Assembly (NCBI GenBank): GCA_046757165.1
Contig: JBHHXT010000163.1
Span: forward strand, 1-10,929
DNA: 10,929 nt
Source of the DNA: a bacterium
GTDB taxonomy: Bacteria > Zhuqueibacterota > Zhuqueibacteria > Oceanimicrobiales > Oceanimicrobiaceae
Direction: 5' to 3'
Shown here: in pieces, positions 6,622 to 10,929 of the stretch
How the letters are laid out: each line of letters opens with the position of its first letter
Position numbering within the stretch: the first letter of the stretch is position 1
Program-made: the position numbers and the translations under genes
The notes under the pieces: model-generated
Told to the model about the DNA's origin: nothing
The model's database searches: none
What the model saw: the letters and a program-made list of their open reading frames with translations, nothing else

Positions 6622-8205
6622 ATGATGAAATATTTCACGCTAGTGACACTGCTCCTTCTGCTCGTTTTGCCTGCCAACAAGCCTGAAGCCTCTGCGAGCA
6701 GCGGTGCGCCCGGCAAGAATCCAAACGAAATCTCTGCCTCCCTCCAAAGCGGGCTCGATCTGCTTTACAATCTCAATCTGCCAGCCGCTCACGCCATTTC
6801 TGACTCGCTGATAGTCAACCACCCCGGGGAACCGGTGGGCTACTTGCTCAAAGGCCTGATTTGCTTTTATGAACACGCTTGTGGCTTGCCCCGGGCCGGG
6901 CTCGAAAAGGAGATCATTGCCTACAACCAGAAGACGGTCACCCTGGCGCTTGCCGGCGGGCTGAACTCGCGAAAGCGCTCAGACCTTCTCTTCTACATGG
7001 GCGCCGCGTACAGCACCCTGGCGCTTTTCTACGGGTCTGAAAACAATTGGGTGAAAGCGCTGCCGTACGCACGGCGCGCAAAAAAACTGCACACCGAGGT
7101 CATTCGAGCTGATTCCACCTATTATGACGCTTATCTTGTCCCCGGCCTGTACAACTACTACGGCGATTCTCTGCCGAAACTGCTCGACCTGGTTTCAGGG
7201 CTGGTCGGGTTCAAAGGCGATGCGAGGCGCGGCCTGGCGCAACTCGAAATGGCGTACTCAAATGGCACCCTCTCGAAGGTCGAAGCTGCGACCTTCCTCG
7301 GCACGTTCTTCGCGGAACAGGGAAACTACGAAAAAGCCCTGGCGATCTACCAACAGTTGGCTGACCGGTATCCTGACAATCCCTATTTCAGCATCTACAA
7401 GGCGAGGACGCGCTTCTTGTTAGCTGAGTATGCCGAGGCGAAAACGGAGCTCGAACTTGCCCTGCGCGCCTGCCGCCAGGAACACCGCCAGGCCAGAAGC
7501 CTCGTGCGCTACTATCTCGGCCGATGCGCCATGTTGAGAAACGATTTCAGCGCAGCGCAGACCTCCCTCGAGCAAGTCATTGCCCTGGGCAAAAACTCAG
7601 AGCGAATCGAGCTGCACGATGGGTGGCTCACGGGAGACGCCTATTTCTACCTGGCCGAGTGCGAGGAATTTCTCGGCAAGCCGGACTCGGCCAAATATTA
7701 TTACCAGCTGGCCGCTCAGGCAAAGTTTGCCTCAAAGGGTGTGGTAAATGGCAGCAAAAACAGGATCCAGACCCCTCGTTCCGGCATGGAGCTGGCAGTG
7801 GTGCGCCGCAGCAATCGACTCCTCTGGCAACCTGATGAAAAGAAGCTGGCTGCCTATTCTGCGTTCAGAGACAGCGTTCTGCATGTTGACCCGGCCAATC
7901 CGTTTTTGCACTTGATCGATTACAATCTGGGGCTGGCCAATTTTCGGCTGCACCGCTACGCGCCTGCGATAGAATGGCTGAACCGTGCGGTGCAGGGGTC
8001 CAGCACCAGAAACCAAAAGACGTGGATAGAACTGTCTGCACACACCTACCTGGCAGCATGCTTCTTGCAACTGGCCGAATCCGGCAAAGCTGAAGGGCAT
8101 CTCAGAAAAGCCCTGGAGGGGACGGGGAAGGGGAAAGATGCACGCCTTTCCTTCCTGGCCCGGAAGCTGAAAGGATACCTGCCCCACGACAAGCCGAATC
8201 CTTGA
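6622..8205 (+). CDS. Exported tetratricopeptide-repeat protein
   Basis: Signal-peptide-like MMKYFTLVTLLLLLVLPA...ASA. There are several TPR units (e.g. FLGTFFAEQGNYEKALAIYQQL...YPDN, YYLGRC, AYFYLAEC...G....A..YY, YNLGLA.F....Y..A). The start is taken at ATG 6622 (6625 is possible) rather than TTG 6604. Confidence 0.85.
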   Translation: MMKYFTLVTLLLLLVLPANKPEASASSGAPGKNPNEISASLQSGLDLLYNLNLPAAHAISDSLIVNHPGEPVGYLLKGLICFYEHACGLPRAGLEKEIIAYNQKTVTLALAGGLNSRKRSDLLFYMGAAYSTLALFYGSENNWVKALPYARRAKKLHTEVIRADSTYYDAYLVPGLYNYYGDSLPKLLDLVSGLVGFKGDARRGLAQLEMAYSNGTLSKVEAATFLGTFFAEQGNYEKALAIYQQLADRYPDNPYFSIYKARTRFLLAEYAEAKTELELALRACRQEHRQARSLVRYYLGRCAMLRNDFSAAQTSLEQVIALGKNSERIELHDGWLTGDAYFYLAECEEFLGKPDSAKYYYQLAAQAKFASKGVVNGSKNRIQTPRSGMELAVVRRSNRLLWQPDEKKLAAYSAFRDSVLHVDPANPFLHLIDYNLGLANFRLHRYAPAIEWLNRAVQGSSTRNQKTWIELSAHTYLAACFLQLAESGKAEGHLRKALEGTGKGKDARLSFLARKLKGYLPHDKPNP

Positions 8206-8210
8206 ATCAA

Positions 8211-10445
8211 ATGCACGCGAACATGATTTCCGTAAAGGTGCTGGACAAGCGCACGATCCAGATCGAATTTGTACATGACGCGGGCCACATCGAGCTCGAC
8301 GAGATTTCAACCACCAACGGACTGGAAATCTACCGGCTAAACCTCGATGGCAAAACTGCACGGCTGCACACCTCTGAATTGGATCTCAAGCAAAATCACA
8401 CCATCGAGGTCAGAGGTCGGGGAAAGCTGCCGGTCGACCTGGCCGCGTTGCTCGATCCGCTCGCCTCGGACAAACCCCTGGGCTGCTGCCTCGAAGGTGG
8501 CAACACGGTATTCAGGCTCTTTGCCCCGCGCGCCCATTGGGTCGCCTTGCTGCTGTTCGAACGGCATGATGAGGAGGATGGAGATTCGTATGCCATGCAA
8601 CTTTTAGAGGACGGCGTCTGGGAGCGGACGGTCGCGGGGCACCATGAGGGCAAGTATTACGGTTACAAGATTGCTGGTCCGCAGGGGGCCTTCGAATTAT
8701 TCGACCCTGCAAAGATCATTGCAGACCCGTACTCCCGGGCGGTCGTCAGCAATAACTCCTACCTGCATGAATCAAAAAGCATCATCTGTAACAAACAAAA
8801 GTACAACTGGCAGGGAGACACTTTCGTCAACATTGCCCCAGAAGATTTGATCATCTACGAAATGCATGTACGCGACATGAGCGTGCACCCTTCAGCAGGG
8901 GTGATGGCGCCCGGCACCTATCATGGCCTCGTCGAGGCGGGCACCAAAGGAGGAATCAACCACATCCTGGAGCTGGGCGTCAACGCTGTCGAGCTGCTGC
9001 CGTGCCAGGCGTTTGGCAAACTCGAGGTTCCGTTTGGGGCCGAGAGCGGTGGCAAAACCAACACCTGGAATCCGTATGCACGCAACCACTGGGGGTATAT
9101 GACGTCGTACTTTTTTGCACCGGAAGCATACTATGCCTCGGGAGGGCATCTGACGCCGGGCGGCGCCATCGGCATTCACGGCCAGCAAGTAGCTGAGTTC
9201 AAAGACATGGTCCGGGCATTGCACCAGGCGGGGCTGGCCGTCATCCTGGATGTTGTCTACAACCATGTATCGCAGTACGATTTGAACCCGCTCAAGTACG
9301 CCGATAAGCAATATTATTTCAGGCTGGACGCCGAGCTGAATCTCACCGAGGACGCGACTGGCTGCGGCAATGAGCTGAAATCGGAGCGGCCGATGGCGCG
9401 CCGACTGATCGTCGAAAGTGTCAAGCACTGGATGCAGGAATATCACATCGACGGCTTCCGTTTCGACCTGGCGGCAGCGCTGGACTGGGAAACCATCGAG
9501 CAAGTTGCCGCCGAAGCGAGGAAAATCAACCCGCACGTGATTCTGATCGCCGAGCCCTGGAGCTTGCAGCGTTACGACCTGGCCGGCTTTTCCGACCGCG
9601 GCTGGATGGCCTGGAACGACCTGTTCCGCAACGCCATCAAGGGCCAGAATCCGCACGATGGCCTCGGGCTCATCTTTGGACACACCTTTGCTGAAAACGG
9701 TCCGGAGGCGATTCAGTGCTATGTGCGCGGCTCCACACGTGAATACGGCGGGCCGTTCCGATCAAAAACGCACTCGGTCAATTATCTCGCATCTCACGAC
9801 GAGTACACGCTCGGAGATTTCATCCGAATTGGCACGGGCGAGGTCCATCCGGAAGATCGCATCCAGGATTTGGAGGCCCATGTTACCCTCAGTGCTCAGC
9901 AGATGAAGCTGAACAAGCTGGCGGCCGTCCTGCTGCTGACCAGCCAGGGTGCCGTCATGCTGCACGCCGGACAGGAGTTCGCACGCAGCAAAGTGATCGC
10001 ACCGACCTGGGCGCCTGACCCGCGAGTCGGCCAAATCGACCATAACTCCTACAACAAGGACAACGAAACCAACTGGCTGAATTTCGCCCACAAAGAGGTC
10101 AACCGTGAGCTGTTCGAGTACTACCGGGGATTGATTCGTCTGCGGAGACATCCGGCCTTTCGGCGCACAGATCCGGGGAAAATCACGTTTCTGCACGCCC
10201 CTGTCGACCATGCGCTCGGCTATCTTCTGCCCGGGGATGCGTCAGGGGATGAGCACGACTTCATCGTGCTGGTCAACGCCAATCCGTCACAAGCGGCGGT
10301 CTTCGAGCTGCAGGCGGGGGGGTGGCAAAAGGTTGTCGATGGGACAAACGCCAGCGGGCTCCATAGCCAGACCGCTCACGGCGCCATTCCAGTGGCGGCG
10401 CAGTCAGCGATCGTGTTACGAAGGCGGGGTGCAGGTTCGGTTTGA
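8211..10445 (+). CDS. GH13 alpha-1,6 debranching enzyme (pullulanase/isoamylase-like) with CBM48 and an extra N-terminal domain
   Basis: CBM48 (FRLFAPRA..V.LLLF, DGVWE, YGYKI, DPYSRAV), IYEMHVRD, LGVNAVELLP, WGYM, VILDVVYNH, DGFRFDL (nucleophile), AEPW (acid/base), SHD (transition-state Asp), GQEF.RSK and NSYN. No signal peptide. The start is uncertain (8202 TTG, 8211 or 8223 ATG). Confidence 0.92.
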   Translation: MHANMISVKVLDKRTIQIEFVHDAGHIELDEISTTNGLEIYRLNLDGKTARLHTSELDLKQNHTIEVRGRGKLPVDLAALLDPLASDKPLGCCLEGGNTVFRLFAPRAHWVALLLFERHDEEDGDSYAMQLLEDGVWERTVAGHHEGKYYGYKIAGPQGAFELFDPAKIIADPYSRAVVSNNSYLHESKSIICNKQKYNWQGDTFVNIAPEDLIIYEMHVRDMSVHPSAGVMAPGTYHGLVEAGTKGGINHILELGVNAVELLPCQAFGKLEVPFGAESGGKTNTWNPYARNHWGYMTSYFFAPEAYYASGGHLTPGGAIGIHGQQVAEFKDMVRALHQAGLAVILDVVYNHVSQYDLNPLKYADKQYYFRLDAELNLTEDATGCGNELKSERPMARRLIVESVKHWMQEYHIDGFRFDLAAALDWETIEQVAAEARKINPHVILIAEPWSLQRYDLAGFSDRGWMAWNDLFRNAIKGQNPHDGLGLIFGHTFAENGPEAIQCYVRGSTREYGGPFRSKTHSVNYLASHDEYTLGDFIRIGTGEVHPEDRIQDLEAHVTLSAQQMKLNKLAAVLLLTSQGAVMLHAGQEFARSKVIAPTWAPDPRVGQIDHNSYNKDNETNWLNFAHKEVNRELFEYYRGLIRLRRHPAFRRTDPGKITFLHAPVDHALGYLLPGDASGDEHDFIVLVNANPSQAAVFELQAGGWQKVVDGTNASGLHSQTAHGAIPVAAQSAIVLRRRGAGSV

Positions 10446-10474
10446 AAAACTCTATCCCACAGAAGGTCGCCGAA

Positions 10475-10538
10475 GCCACCGAGTCTCACCGAAGGTGTTC
10501 TCTTAAATTAAACAAAGCGTTCGGTGGAGCTCGGTGGC
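10475..10538. repeat. Long imperfect inverted repeat (hairpin) downstream of the GH13 gene
   Basis: GCCACCGAGtctCACCGAA (10475-10493) pairs with TTCGGTGgagCTCGGTGGC (10520-10538), 16 of 19 Watson-Crick, around a 26-nt AT-rich loop. An outer pair TCCCA (10455-10459) / TGGGA (10543-10547) flanks it. Confidence 0.75.
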
Positions 10539-10542
10539 ATGA

Positions 10543-10728
10543 TGGGACGAAATGGAAGATGTTGATTTGCAACTTTCACCTGCTTTGAAATCAAAACTCG
10601 AACTAAAAGAATTGTACCATCTTCTTGGTTTTTCGGCTCAACAGATTGCAGAGATTGAGACTAAGGCAAGAATTGAAAATCTGAATAGCAAGCAATTAAT
10701 TCGTAAATGGATTTTGGAACGCGTTTGA
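10543..10728 (+). pseudogene. Probable 5'-truncated CopG/BrnA-like antitoxin (58-aa ORF from ATG 10552, absent from the ORF track)
   Basis: WDE-MEDVDLQLSPALKSKLELKELYHLLGFSAQQIAEIETKARIENLNSKQLIRKWILERV*. The WDEMEDV start and LIRKWI.ER end recall CopG-antitoxin proteins. An in-frame TGA at 10540-10542 immediately precedes WDE. Confidence 0.5.
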
Positions 10729-10774
10729 GAGTAGGCTTTGAATCAAGAGAAGTCAAGTCGAAATCATTCGTTAA

Positions 10775-10927
10775 TCAAAGAACAAACGACTTAGTCCAAA
10801 TCCCAAGTTTCCTAGCTGCTTCAACTATGTCGGATCTATTAAATGGGACCCGGGTATCTCCCTCTGAGTAATACTCTTTTTCAACATTCCTCCTAACCAG
10901 GCCAACGCAGGATGACAACTTCTTCCC
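10775..10927 (-). other. Open frame entering from the window end; possible gene fragment
   Basis: Reads GKKLSSCVGLVRRNVEKEYYSEGDTRVPFNRSDIVEAARKLGIWTKSFVL*. The central part looks protein-like, but no start is visible. Confidence 0.3.
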
Positions 10928-10929
10928 TC

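Noticed and set aside
5453..6622. 389-aa minus-strand ORF
   Set aside because: It is an antisense shadow of glpD with no family motifs.
7732..10211. Minus-strand ORFs of 209, 263 and 149 aa and other short overlapping ORFs
   Set aside because: All overlap well-supported TPR or GH13 genes and have no motifs or plausible translation signals.
1..10929. CRISPR array, tRNA/rRNA or intact transposase/integrase
   Set aside because: I saw no regularly spaced direct repeats, RNA-gene signatures or DDE/tyrosine/serine recombinase ORFs.

Overview
Bacterial genomic window made of GC-rich housekeeping genes separated by visibly AT-richer spacers that carry decayed accessory DNA. From left to right: the 3' end of a DUF433-type antitoxin and a DUF5615 PIN-like toxin gene that appears to lack its first catalytic motif; a nested perfect palindrome; a stand-alone bifunctional aspartate kinase/homoserine dehydrogenase (thrA, minus strand) divergent from thiol peroxidase tpx; a 50-aa remnant that looks like the fused first and last codons of an AlbA_2/Schlafen-HTH gene; a tightly packed four-gene run (ABHD13/Bem46-like alpha/beta hydrolase, glpD, exported TPR protein with a TTC39/IML2-like motif, GH13 debranching enzyme); and a terminal region with a long imperfect hairpin, a 5'-truncated CopG-type antitoxin and another gene fragment. 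I see no CRISPR array, RNA gene or intact mobile element. I cannot demonstrate a new system. The best leads are the hydrolase-glpD-TPR-GH13 cluster, the recurring collapsed or truncated TA/defence-type genes, and the palindromic repeats next to them. Family assignments are from motif recognition, not database searches.
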